A DNA stretch of 64,000 nt from an uncultured Candidatus Binatia bacterium (GTDB lineage Bacteria > Desulfobacterota > Binatia > UBA9968 > JAJDTQ01), in the NCBI GenBank assembly GCA_965214905.1, contig OZ243984.1:2006003-2070002 (forward strand), in the 5' to 3' direction. Under the pieces are notes generated by a model. The model saw nothing but the letters and a program-made list of their open reading frames with translations, ran no database searches and was not told where the DNA came from. Numbering within the stretch: the stretch's first letter is position 1; each line of letters begins with the position of its first letter. Position numbers and translations under genes: made by a program. Below are positions 39,498-48,489 of this stretch, piece by piece.

Positions 39498-42362
39498 TCA
39501 AGGTCGGCGGAGCCTGAGCACCACATTCTTCGTGATGGCGTTCTTGATGTGGACCAGGTTTTCTTTCGTGACCGAAATGTCGATTCTTTCCGACAGGGAA
39601 AAGCCGGTGGCGACCGCAATGTCTTGCACAAGGTCCGTAGTCGGGATTCTTTCGTAATCGACGCCGATTCGCATCCGATTATCGCCGATCACGATCATTG
39701 CCTCTGCGCCTCGCCGCATGACCTGCCAGCATTTCGCCATAACGGCGTCCATGTCGCGAAAGAAGCGCGCCAGCAGCGCAGGCATGTTTTTCCTCCGAAA
39801 GCCCACATTGGCCGAGGCGACTTTCTCCTGTAGATTCTGAAGAAACACGCGAACGCTTTCAGGGCGCGTGACCCCGGAATTGTCGATGCTTGCCTCCAAA
39901 GCCTTCTTGCTCTCACCAGCTATTTCCCGGCTTCCGATCAGGTCATGTTCCAAGGGTCTTCGCAGGGACGAGTCCATGTTGAAAAGCAACAGCAATGATA
40001 ACCGATCGGTATCGATGTAGGGCAGTGCGGTGGCGTATGGAGGGCTGGTGAGTAACAAGTCGACGGTCGCCTCGGGCAGACCGAGTTGGTCGAAAGTCCC
40101 TGTGTCCCTGGAGTCCCCTTCGACCACGCGACATGGCTGAAAGCGTCTCGGAGAATAGCCCCGGATCGACCAGAACTTCTCGGTCCGCTCGTACTGTAGT
40201 TCGAGTTCCTCCAGATACAACCCCAGGACGTCTGCGTCTTTTACGGGTTTCTTTCTGCGACGGATTCGGAGGTCGCCCGGGTCTTGCTGTGACACCTCGC
40301 GGACGATGCTGCTCAGCACAACTTCAAGGAAGTCCCGAACCACTCCATCGCTGACCGTTCGGATCGACCGAAGCAACCAGTTCAGTTTCGCAACAACCGG
40401 TTCCGGAAACCAGCCTGCGATTTCGTCCAGACACCGGTCGGAGAACTGGTCCGTATCTCTCGGAATCGAGGTTGGAGATCCCTCGATACGACTGATCAGG
40501 GTCCCCACCGCCTCTCGTACGACATCAGGGTTGACGTCCAGGATGCCGACCTTTGCTCTTGCTATCTTCGCAGCCAGCGGGTTCATGTCACAACCATAAG
40601 CTCGGTGACCGTTGAGGTAGGCTTCGAGAAGCGTTGTGCCACTGCCGCAGAACGGATCGAGAACTTTGGCTCCGGACGGCAGTGCGCAAAGGTTCATAAG
40701 TCCTTTGGCGAGTTGCGGATAGAATTTGCCCTTGTATGGGTGTAGTCCGTGGGTGACATACTTGGGGTCCTTCCTGGGCGATGGCTGAATGGCAAGGCCG
40801 TTCTCGATCATCGCCTGCCAAGTGGGTGCCACGTCAAGTGCGGTCAGACCCATCCCGTGAGTGAAAACCAGCCTCCGCGCCTCTGTCGTCGTGTAGGGGT
40901 CCAGCGTGGCCGAGAAGGGAGGTTCGCTCGTTCCGCCGCGGTTCACACCCAGGAGAGCTGCCATCTCCCGAGTCCGTAGAAGCCCTTCGTATGGCCAGAG
41001 CCTGTACGGCGGAGCCTGAAACCAGACAAGGAGGTCCGTAGAAGGCTTGCGAAGGATCAGGAGTTTTTCCGTGGTCGCTCGCCTGCCGGCTGCCGCGAAG
41101 GAACGTTTTGTTCGATGTATCGGGCGTTCAATGATGCATACGGGCTCGAAACCGATGGCATGGGCCTCGTCTCTGAGTGATTCCGCACCCGGGTATTGGA
41201 CTTTCTTGTAGATGGCGTCCCCCACGACGAGGACGGCGTAGCGTCCGGGCTTCAGGACGCGGAACATGCCCGCCAGACATTCCTGCATTTCTTTCCGGTA
41301 GGACTCGAACCCGGTTTCCTCTTTCTGGTGGCGGAGATGCGACCCGATCTCGATCCTGGCAAACGCGCGAGGATCATGACCCAGCCAAAGAAGCCTGAAC
41401 CTGTGGTACAGGTGATAGTCGTTCGCGTTTCCATACGGAGGTGAGGTCGCGATCAAGTCGATGGAATCAGCCTTGCAAATTCCCCGAACCAGATCTTTCG
41501 CGTTGGCGGTTCGGAAGTCGCAGACTCCGTAGCGGAGTACCGGCTGGGTACGAAGGACGTTCTTGATGATGGCGTCGAGAGCCACGAGAAAACGTTTCAG
41601 TGTTTCACCTTGAGGAATGTCATGAGGTCTGCTTGAGTAGCGAGTTTCGGAATCCTGGAATGAGACGCTTAACACGATCCGTGAGAGTGCAAGCAACGAG
41701 ACTTCTCGCGCCTTGTCGCTTTCCATCCTCATGATTTTCGACCTGATCATCGCGAGTTCCCCCAAGGAGGAGATGGGGAACCACTTCTCTACGTTTGGAA
41801 TCTCGGGAATCCATGCCTCGTGCTCACCCCGCAGGGTCTCCGCCGTAGGTAAATCGACCAGCCGCGTCGTCAAAAAGATCTGCAGGGAATGAAGGTCGGT
41901 CGTGGCTGCTCTGTCAAGGTTGCAGGTCTTGACCCGGCCGATGAGTGTTCCCACGGCGTTGGCATCCACACTGAACGCCCTTCGCCCCAACCGTATAGCC
42001 TCCAGTGCGGTGGTTCCACTTCCTCCGAATGGATCAAGAACGAGTTCGCCGGGAAGGGAGAGGCGGGCTATGCAATGTCCAGGTATCTGTGGGATGAACT
42101 TGGCCGGGTAGGGGTGCAAATCATGCGTCAGGAACCCCGTGTCATCTCTTGCGAAGCTCCAGTCGATTTGCTGGAGATCATGGATGATCTTTTGGGGTTC
42201 TCGCAAGTCGTCAGGCGATTCGATTTCCTCGTAGAGGGGATAGGCATCCTCGCCTCTGAGGAAATATCGGCCGCTCTCATCGAAGACGGTCGGGCCACCG
42301 CCCAGATCGATCCCATAGAGGTACTTGTGGGTCCTGTTCATGACCGTCTTGTTTCTGGGCAT
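39498..42362 (-). CDS. Fused tandem N4/N6 adenine/cytosine DNA methyltransferase (two MTase domains, 954 aa)
   Basis: Two repeats of motif I DPFGGSGTT / DPFCGSGTT, each followed by motif IV SPPYGNANDY / SPPYATALPY. Lower GC. Confidence 0.75.
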   Translation of the reverse strand: MPRNKTVMNRTHKYLYGIDLGGGPTVFDESGRYFLRGEDAYPLYEEIESPDDLREPQKIIHDLQQIDWSFARDDTGFLTHDLHPYPAKFIPQIPGHCIARLSLPGELVLDPFGGSGTTALEAIRLGRRAFSVDANAVGTLIGRVKTCNLDRAATTDLHSLQIFLTTRLVDLPTAETLRGEHEAWIPEIPNVEKWFPISSLGELAMIRSKIMRMESDKAREVSLLALSRIVLSVSFQDSETRYSSRPHDIPQGETLKRFLVALDAIIKNVLRTQPVLRYGVCDFRTANAKDLVRGICKADSIDLIATSPPYGNANDYHLYHRFRLLWLGHDPRAFARIEIGSHLRHQKEETGFESYRKEMQECLAGMFRVLKPGRYAVLVVGDAIYKKVQYPGAESLRDEAHAIGFEPVCIIERPIHRTKRSFAAAGRRATTEKLLILRKPSTDLLVWFQAPPYRLWPYEGLLRTREMAALLGVNRGGTSEPPFSATLDPYTTTEARRLVFTHGMGLTALDVAPTWQAMIENGLAIQPSPRKDPKYVTHGLHPYKGKFYPQLAKGLMNLCALPSGAKVLDPFCGSGTTLLEAYLNGHRAYGCDMNPLAAKIARAKVGILDVNPDVVREAVGTLISRIEGSPTSIPRDTDQFSDRCLDEIAGWFPEPVVAKLNWLLRSIRTVSDGVVRDFLEVVLSSIVREVSQQDPGDLRIRRRKKPVKDADVLGLYLEELELQYERTEKFWSIRGYSPRRFQPCRVVEGDSRDTGTFDQLGLPEATVDLLLTSPPYATALPYIDTDRLSLLLLFNMDSSLRRPLEHDLIGSREIAGESKKALEASIDNSGVTRPESVRVFLQNLQEKVASANVGFRRKNMPALLARFFRDMDAVMAKCWQVMRRGAEAMIVIGDNRMRIGVDYERIPTTDLVQDIAVATGFSLSERIDISVTKENLVHIKNAITKNVVLRLRRP

Positions 42363-42467
42363 AGGCTAACATCCCGGAATCAAGAGTACAAAGTCACACT
42401 TCCGATCATCTGAAACGGTGATCGGAGGGGACGAAATTGTTCTGGCAGGGCCGTTATCGTGAGAGGC

Positions 42468-44063
42468 TTACATCCCCCAGACGGTGATGGCGCGTCCGTT
42501 CAGGGATTCTTCGCGACGGAAGATCTTCTCTTCCCATGGCTTTCCTTCAGTTCGGTCGAAGACCACGAGATGGCCTGCTCGGGCGACGCAACGGTCCATG
42601 TAGCCCGCGGTCTGCTCCAGACCCTCACGGATGGTCCACTCCAGACTCTTGTGCAGCACCTTGCACTCGATGACGAACTTGGCCGCCGCGGATCCCGGCG
42701 CCCCACGGCCGCGCTGTGGCCAGATGATGAGCAGGTCCGTGCGTCCCCTTCCCAGGCCGTACTCCCGTTCGATGCGTCCGCCGCTGTTCACCACCCGCTG
42801 CAAGAATGCCTGCAACAAAAGCTGCGGGCCGGCTTCGGCATAGTCGAAACGCGCCACCCAGTGCTCCGAGTGCTCGCGGAAGAATTCCTGGAAAGCCGCG
42901 AGCAGCTTCTTCACGTCGAGGCCGCCGTCGGCGTCTACGTACCAGGCGATGTCCAGGAGCAGCCCCGCCTGGACCGCGTAGGTGAGCTCCCGCGGCACGA
43001 CTTCGGCGTAGATGGGGTTGGCCATGCGCAAGGGCGCGTCGCGGGCGATCAGGCCCAGGTCGCGCACGTACTCCAGGTCGCGGATAGACTGGCGAGGCTC
43101 GCTGGCGCCGCTCAGCAACGGCTCGATCACGCGCCGCACGCGCTCTTCCTGGAGCTTGTCGGCGAGCTGGTCGAGATGGACCTGCCGGCTCAGGATGAGA
43201 TGCTCCCGGGCGTCGAGAATGTGGTCGGCGGTGATCGCACGGGAGCGGTCGAGCACGGCCTCGCTACCGAAGCAGACTCGGCGGCACAGCGCGTTCACCA
43301 GCCAAGGCTGGCCCCGGGTCTGCTTCCACACCGTATCCAGCGCCTCCGGGGTGAAGTCCTGTCCGGTCTCCTCGGTGTGCTGGGCCATCAGCGCGTGCAC
43401 CTCGGCCTCGGTGAAGTCCCCCAGACGCAGTGATTCGGCCCGGACGTTGAAGGCGCTGCCGCCGGCGATGGCCGCGTTCTCGGAGCTGGAACGGATGCGG
43501 TAGTCGCGCACGTCGCGCACGCCGCACAGCGCCACGCTCTGGGGGAAGTGCGCGGGGCGCTGGTCGTAGCCGGCCCGCAACTGCCGAAGCACGGCAATCA
43601 GCGAGTCGCCGATCAGGGAATCGATCTCGTCGATGAGCAACACCAAGGGCCTGGGGTCGGCCTCGCACCAGCGGGTCACCGCCGACCGAAGGGCGCGGTC
43701 GGGACCTGATCCCGCCAGGATGTCGGGCAAGATCCGGTCCAGAAATCCGTCGCCCAGCACCAGCGCCCGATCGGCCAATTCGCCGAGAACGGCGTGCATG
43801 GCGCGCCCCACGTCTTCCCTCGCCGTCTGAGCGACCTCGATGTTCACGTAGACACAACGGAAGTCGCCTTCGGCGCCGCTGTTCAGCAAGTCCTGCAGCG
43901 CCAGGAGGGTGGAGGTCTTCCCCGTCTGCCGGGGAGCGTGCATCACGAAGTACCGCTCGTCCCTGATCAATTCCAGGATCTCGCCGAGGTTCACCCGTTC
44001 CAGCGGCGGGATGCAGTAGTGGTTCTTGGCGACGACAGGGCCTTCCGTATTGAACTTGCGCAT
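42468..44063 (-). CDS. AAA-ATPase-like domain protein with C-terminal PD-(D/E)XK nuclease domain (531 aa)
   Basis: Walker A APRQTGKTS and Walker B LLIDEID. C-terminal D..(LLIIW)..E-C-K motif (TDLLIIWPQ..KFVIECKVLHK). Start at MRKFNTEG inside the longer six-frame ORF. Confidence 0.65.
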   Translation of the reverse strand: MRKFNTEGPVVAKNHYCIPPLERVNLGEILELIRDERYFVMHAPRQTGKTSTLLALQDLLNSGAEGDFRCVYVNIEVAQTAREDVGRAMHAVLGELADRALVLGDGFLDRILPDILAGSGPDRALRSAVTRWCEADPRPLVLLIDEIDSLIGDSLIAVLRQLRAGYDQRPAHFPQSVALCGVRDVRDYRIRSSSENAAIAGGSAFNVRAESLRLGDFTEAEVHALMAQHTEETGQDFTPEALDTVWKQTRGQPWLVNALCRRVCFGSEAVLDRSRAITADHILDAREHLILSRQVHLDQLADKLQEERVRRVIEPLLSGASEPRQSIRDLEYVRDLGLIARDAPLRMANPIYAEVVPRELTYAVQAGLLLDIAWYVDADGGLDVKKLLAAFQEFFREHSEHWVARFDYAEAGPQLLLQAFLQRVVNSGGRIEREYGLGRGRTDLLIIWPQRGRGAPGSAAAKFVIECKVLHKSLEWTIREGLEQTAGYMDRCVARAGHLVVFDRTEGKPWEEKIFRREESLNGRAITVWGM

Positions 44064-44199
44064 GGCGTCAGTATGCTGCCTTGGCGTTGGAATTGCGCTA
44101 TCGGTCTGCCGGTGCAGGCCGTGGAGCCGCGCGAAGTTCCACACCGGTCCGTGGCGTAGATGGCGCCGGCTTTGCCGGACGAGCGACCCGGAAGTCTGG

Positions 44200-45300
44200 C
44201 TATGCCGTCCCCTGCCGTTCGAGGATGTGCGCCATGTCCACCTTGGCGCCGGAGCGACCGCAGGCGTCCACGAAGAGCTGGATGACGTCGTCGTCCTCGT
44301 CCTGGTGCTCGATCTGCCAGCCGCCCTGGTTGAGGGGAACGTCGGACTGGATCGGGCCGGGCGCCAGCTTGAACATGCGGCTGAGCATCTTGAGGGCGAG
44401 GTAGCGAGCGGGCTGGGGGCCGGAGTTGAAATGCTGGTGGAACCAGCCCTCGGGGGGCACCACCAGGGAGCCGGGCTTCCAGATGAACTGCTGCTTCTCC
44501 TCGCCTTCCGGCCACATGAGCGAATAGCCTTCACCGGAAAGAATCATCACGTGAGCGCCGGGCCCGTGGCGGTGGGCCTTCTTGTAGCGTCCCACCGGGA
44601 ACTCGGAGACGTGGGCGCCCATGTGGCTCGCCACCAGCTCGAAGAACACCGTGCGGCTGCCCTTGCCCCGCGCCTCCCACGCGATGGGCTCGATGTTGGC
44701 CACGTCGGGGATGAAGTTGGTCTCCAGCACCCGGTCGTTGTACAGGCGCGCGTGGCCGCGGAAATCCTGGTCGTCGTCGAACCGGTCCCTGAAGGTGTAG
44801 GGGTTGTTCATGACGAAATCTTCGTTGTGGAAGATGTTGTAGACCAGCGGCGCGTTAGTGACTCCCAGGAGCTTGGCCTCCCGGTCGCCCGAGCCGTTGA
44901 AGTGCTGGTAGGTGGCGTTCACCGGGATGGCGAACAGGCTGCCCTCCTGCCACTCGAAGCTCTGTCCCTTGCCGTCACTCTGCCACAGGGTGGTGGCGCC
45001 ACGGCCCGACAGCACGTAGACCAACTCGTCGTAGATGTGCTTCTCCGGGTTGAGGCTCTTGCCCGGCGGAATCGAGACCACGAAGGCGTCGTCCAGATAG
45101 CCGGCGCCCTCCAGGTTGATGTAGACGCCGTGGCCGCCCTTGCGGTCCCACCACTTCATCGGCACCTCCTTGAGGTCCTCGACGAAGTAACCCCGGATCA
45201 CGTCCATCCCCTGGGACGCCACCCACCGGTCGTAGGGCGTGTCCATCACCTCGGCATTACGGTCCACGCGCTCGAAGTTGCCAAGACTCTCGATCTTCAT
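44200..45300 (-). CDS. Bicupin dioxygenase (gentisate 1,2-dioxygenase-like)
   Basis: Two cupin barrels of about 350 aa in total, with His-rich metal sites (HQHFN, HRHGPGAH). Confidence 0.6.
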   Translation of the reverse strand: MKIESLGNFERVDRNAEVMDTPYDRWVASQGMDVIRGYFVEDLKEVPMKWWDRKGGHGVYINLEGAGYLDDAFVVSIPPGKSLNPEKHIYDELVYVLSGRGATTLWQSDGKGQSFEWQEGSLFAIPVNATYQHFNGSGDREAKLLGVTNAPLVYNIFHNEDFVMNNPYTFRDRFDDDQDFRGHARLYNDRVLETNFIPDVANIEPIAWEARGKGSRTVFFELVASHMGAHVSEFPVGRYKKAHRHGPGAHVMILSGEGYSLMWPEGEEKQQFIWKPGSLVVPPEGWFHQHFNSGPQPARYLALKMLSRMFKLAPGPIQSDVPLNQGGWQIEHQDEDDDVIQLFVDACGRSGAKVDMAHILERQGTA

Positions 45301-46181
45301 TCCGGCTTGTCCTTCCGCGAGGTTCCCAGGTGGCGGAACAGGGGTGAATCTTCCGACAGAAGGGCGGTGCTTTTCTCCGGCAGAAACTTCTCGTAGGCTT
45401 CGAGGCTCCGGACGAAGCCGTAGAACTCCGGATCCTGTCCATAGGAGGAGGCATAGATGGCGGTGGCTTCACCGTCGCCTTCACCCCGCAGCTTCTGGCT
45501 TTGCCGGTATGCTTCCGCCAGCAGGATGGTCTTTTCCTTGTTGGTCCTGGCGCGAATCTTCTTCGACTCCTCCTCGCCTTCGGAACGGTAGCGTTTGGCG
45601 ATCCGTTCGCGTTCCGCGCGCATGCGCTCGAAAACGCTCGCCTGCACCTCGGAAGGAAGGTCCGCCCGCTTGACCCGGACATCCATGACGGTGACGCCGT
45701 ATTCACTCTTCGCCTTCTCGGCGGAGCGTTTGGCCACGGCCTCCATGGCCGCCTCACGCTGCTCGGCGATGATGTCGGCAAAGTTTCGGGACGCGAGCTC
45801 CTGCCGCAGCTCGGAAAACACGATATCGTCCAGCAACAGCCGTCCGCGCTGCTGGGTCAGCGCGGTCTTGAAGAACTGGAGGGGGTCGCTGATCTTCCAC
45901 CGGGTCACGTGGTCCACCACCACGCGCTTCTTGTCCAGGGTCAGATAATCCCTGGGCTGGGCGTCACTGGCGAGAATACGCCGTTCATACATCGTGATGT
46001 CCTCCACCACGGGCGTTTTCCAGTGAAGGCCCGGTGTGCGCACCGCGCGCTTGAACTTGCCGAACTGCGTCACCACCGCCTGCTGCCACTCGCCCACGAC
46101 AAAGAACGGCCGTACCGGTGGAAACAGGAGGATGACCAGGATGATGCCGACGAGGGTTCCGGTGATGTAGGATCGTTTCAT
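45297..46181 (-). CDS. hflC: SPFH/band-7 protease modulator HflC
   Basis: N-terminal TM, SPFH domain and coiled-coil; paired with HflK. Confidence 0.8.
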   Translation of the reverse strand: MKRSYITGTLVGIILVILLFPPVRPFFVVGEWQQAVVTQFGKFKRAVRTPGLHWKTPVVEDITMYERRILASDAQPRDYLTLDKKRVVVDHVTRWKISDPLQFFKTALTQQRGRLLLDDIVFSELRQELASRNFADIIAEQREAAMEAVAKRSAEKAKSEYGVTVMDVRVKRADLPSEVQASVFERMRAERERIAKRYRSEGEEESKKIRARTNKEKTILLAEAYRQSQKLRGEGDGEATAIYASSYGQDPEFYGFVRSLEAYEKFLPEKSTALLSEDSPLFRHLGTSRKDKPE

Positions 46182-47215
46182 TATCTTTCTCCTGCTCCCG
46201 GAAATCCCGTCATCCCTTTCAAGGGCAGCAGCGGCACGACGTTCTTCGCGCCTTGTGCATCGACGATGATCTTGTCGACGTTGGGCAGCACGCGTTCGAT
46301 GGCTTCGAGGTGCAGTCGCTCACGTGTTACCGCGGGGGCTTTCCGGTATTCCGTCAATACCGAGTCGAACCGCGCGCCGTCTCCCTTGGCTTTCAACGTT
46401 CGTTCCTGCTTGTAGGCCTCGGCTGCCTGAATCATCTCCTGAGCTTCACCCCGGGCCTTGGGAATGAGGTCTTCCCGGTAGCCCCGGGCCTGGTTGATGA
46501 GCTTCTCGCGATCTTCGCGTGCCCGGACCACCTCATCGAAGGCGTCCTTGACCTGGCTGGGAGCTTCCACGGTCTGCAGCTTGACCTCGGTTATCTGTAT
46601 GCCCGATTCGTAGGTATCCATCAGTTGCTGCAGGAACTCCTGGGTCTCGTTCTGAACCCGGTCCCGACCCACAGTGAGGACCTCCTCGATGGTTGTGTTG
46701 CCGACCCGGCTACGCAACGCCACCTCCGTGGCCGCCTGTAGGGTGGTCACCGGATCCCGCAGCTTGAACAGAAACTGTTCGGGGTTCCTGACCCGATACT
46801 GCACGGTGAGCTGCGCACTGACGATGTTCTCGTCGCCGGTGAGCATCAGGGACTCGGCCGGAATGAGACGCACCAGATTCGGCCGTAGCGGATTGCTGCG
46901 GAATCCCACCTCCAGCCGGCGGATCTCCGCCACATTGACCTTCCGCAACTCTTCCACCGGCCAAGGGATGTGATAGTTCAGACCCGCGGTGGCGATGCGC
47001 GCCACCTTGCCGAACCGCGTCACCACGCCTTCCTCGCCGGGTTGGATGGTGTAGAAGCCGCTGGCCAGCCAGATGACGGCGATGGCCCCGGCGATAAGAA
47101 AAGGCACGCCGGACTTCAGGAAACCGGGCAACTCCGGCAATCGGGAGAGAAGGTCCTCCCAATCCGGCCCGCTCTGCCGCCGGCGCCCCCAAGGGCCCTC
47201 GGATCCGCCTTGCAT
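46181..47215 (-). CDS. hflK: SPFH/band-7 protease modulator HflK
   Basis: TM followed by SPFH domain (GFYTIQPGEEGVVTRFGK). Confidence 0.8.
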   Translation of the reverse strand: MQGGSEGPWGRRRQSGPDWEDLLSRLPELPGFLKSGVPFLIAGAIAVIWLASGFYTIQPGEEGVVTRFGKVARIATAGLNYHIPWPVEELRKVNVAEIRRLEVGFRSNPLRPNLVRLIPAESLMLTGDENIVSAQLTVQYRVRNPEQFLFKLRDPVTTLQAATEVALRSRVGNTTIEEVLTVGRDRVQNETQEFLQQLMDTYESGIQITEVKLQTVEAPSQVKDAFDEVVRAREDREKLINQARGYREDLIPKARGEAQEMIQAAEAYKQERTLKAKGDGARFDSVLTEYRKAPAVTRERLHLEAIERVLPNVDKIIVDAQGAKNVVPLLPLKGMTGFPGAGER

Positions 47216-47244
47216 GAAAAGCTCCTTTGTCTTGCCATTCCTGC

Positions 47245-47292
47245 GCCCCCTCCGTCATTCCCGCGAAAGCGGGAATCCAGGGGCGGAGGGGA
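47245..47292. repeat. Family B nested palindrome (cccctccgTCATTCCCGCGAAAGCGGGAATCCaggggcggagggg)
   Basis: Also at 62514-62545. Generates the spurious VIPAKAGIQ / RHSRESGNP peptides in the ORF track. Confidence 0.75.
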
Positions 47293-47336
47293 TGCGTACA
47301 GGCTCTAAAGGGACTCTACCATTGCCCTCCGGGGTG

Positions 47337-48404
47337 TCAAGCAACGTCCCTGGGCGCCGGCGACGTGGTGTTCGTTCCTTCTTCGCGGGACGGGACGCCG
47401 GCTTGCCGCGCCAACTTGACCGTGAGCCAGTACCATTGATCCGGGTAGCGGCGTATCAGGTCTTCCAGCGACCTCATGATCCGGTCGGTGTTGGCGACGC
47501 GATCGGCGCCCGGCTCCCCGGTTCGGACCATCTCCATTTCCGATTCGATGACCAGTTGCAACCCGCCGGAATGGCCACGCACCAGGTAGACCGGCAACAC
47601 GGTCGCGCGCGTGCGGAGCGCCAGGCTCACGACGCCCCGGGCGGTTCGAACGGGCTGCCCGAACAGGGTGGTCTCCATCTCGCCGCGCTTGAGGTTGTCC
47701 GCCAGCATCAGGACGATGCCGTTGTTCCGGAGCACGGCCAGGATCCTCCTGACGGCCTCCCGCCGGGGCAGGGAAGGGATGATCTCGGTGAAGAACGACC
47801 GGCGGTGGCGGCGCACCAGGTTCATGAGCCTCTCGTCGTCGAGAAAGCGCAGCAGGCTGTGAACCGGATACCCGGCGACTCCCAGGGCCGCGCTGAGCAA
47901 CAGGAAGTTGCCCAGATGGAAGCCCAGGGCGATGACGCCCTGCCCCTTGGCCAGGGCCGCCTCCAGGTGCTCCCGGCCCTGGATGTCGAGAACTCCCCGC
48001 AGCCGCCCGGGATAGCCTATCTGCACCAGACAATCGACGACATTCTCCACGATTCGTTGTTGCACGCCTCTGGCCAGGCCGCGCTTGGCCGCCGGAGTGT
48101 ACGAGTCGCCGAAGGCCGCATCCATCACGGCAATCATGCGCCGGCGCGAAACCGCGCACAGGACCGGCAACTTGAGGAGCGGCGTGCACAGACGCCTGAA
48201 CCGATCCGGCGGCAACACCCGCAGAACCTGGACGAGCAGGCGCCACAGCCCCTCGCACAAGCGGTAAATCAGCCGTCGGGTAGTCGTGACGGGGCGGGTC
48301 GCCGGTTCCGCGACGGGGCTGTCGGAGGGCTCGCGGGCGCTGTCAGCGGACGGCAAAACTCTCTCCGAAGGCCGGGCCGCGCCTGCCTGCGCGCGGGAAA
48401 ACAC
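47337..48404 (-). CDS. LpxL/HtrB-family lysophospholipid / lipid A acyltransferase
   Basis: PF03279-like body (GQGVIALGFHLGNFLLL; HSGGL). N-terminal hydrophobic anchor. True start uncertain. Confidence 0.6.
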   Translation of the reverse strand: MFSRAQAGAARPSERVLPSADSAREPSDSPVAEPATRPVTTTRRLIYRLCEGLWRLLVQVLRVLPPDRFRRLCTPLLKLPVLCAVSRRRMIAVMDAAFGDSYTPAAKRGLARGVQQRIVENVVDCLVQIGYPGRLRGVLDIQGREHLEAALAKGQGVIALGFHLGNFLLLSAALGVAGYPVHSLLRFLDDERLMNLVRRHRRSFFTEIIPSLPRREAVRRILAVLRNNGIVLMLADNLKRGEMETTLFGQPVRTARGVVSLALRTRATVLPVYLVRGHSGGLQLVIESEMEMVRTGEPGADRVANTDRIMRSLEDLIRRYPDQWYWLTVKLARQAGVPSREEGTNTTSPAPRDVA

Positions 48405-48489
48405 CAGGATTCAAGGCGAGTTGACACGTATGGGGTTGTGCCATAGTCTACTCGGGCGCGAGCGACCAAGGTGACATACGGGAAGGGGG

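Noticed and set aside
47227-47439. 70-aa ORF encoding ..VIPAKAGIQGRRG..
   Set aside because: It is the translation of the Family B palindromic repeat; the same peptide appears wherever the repeat occurs.
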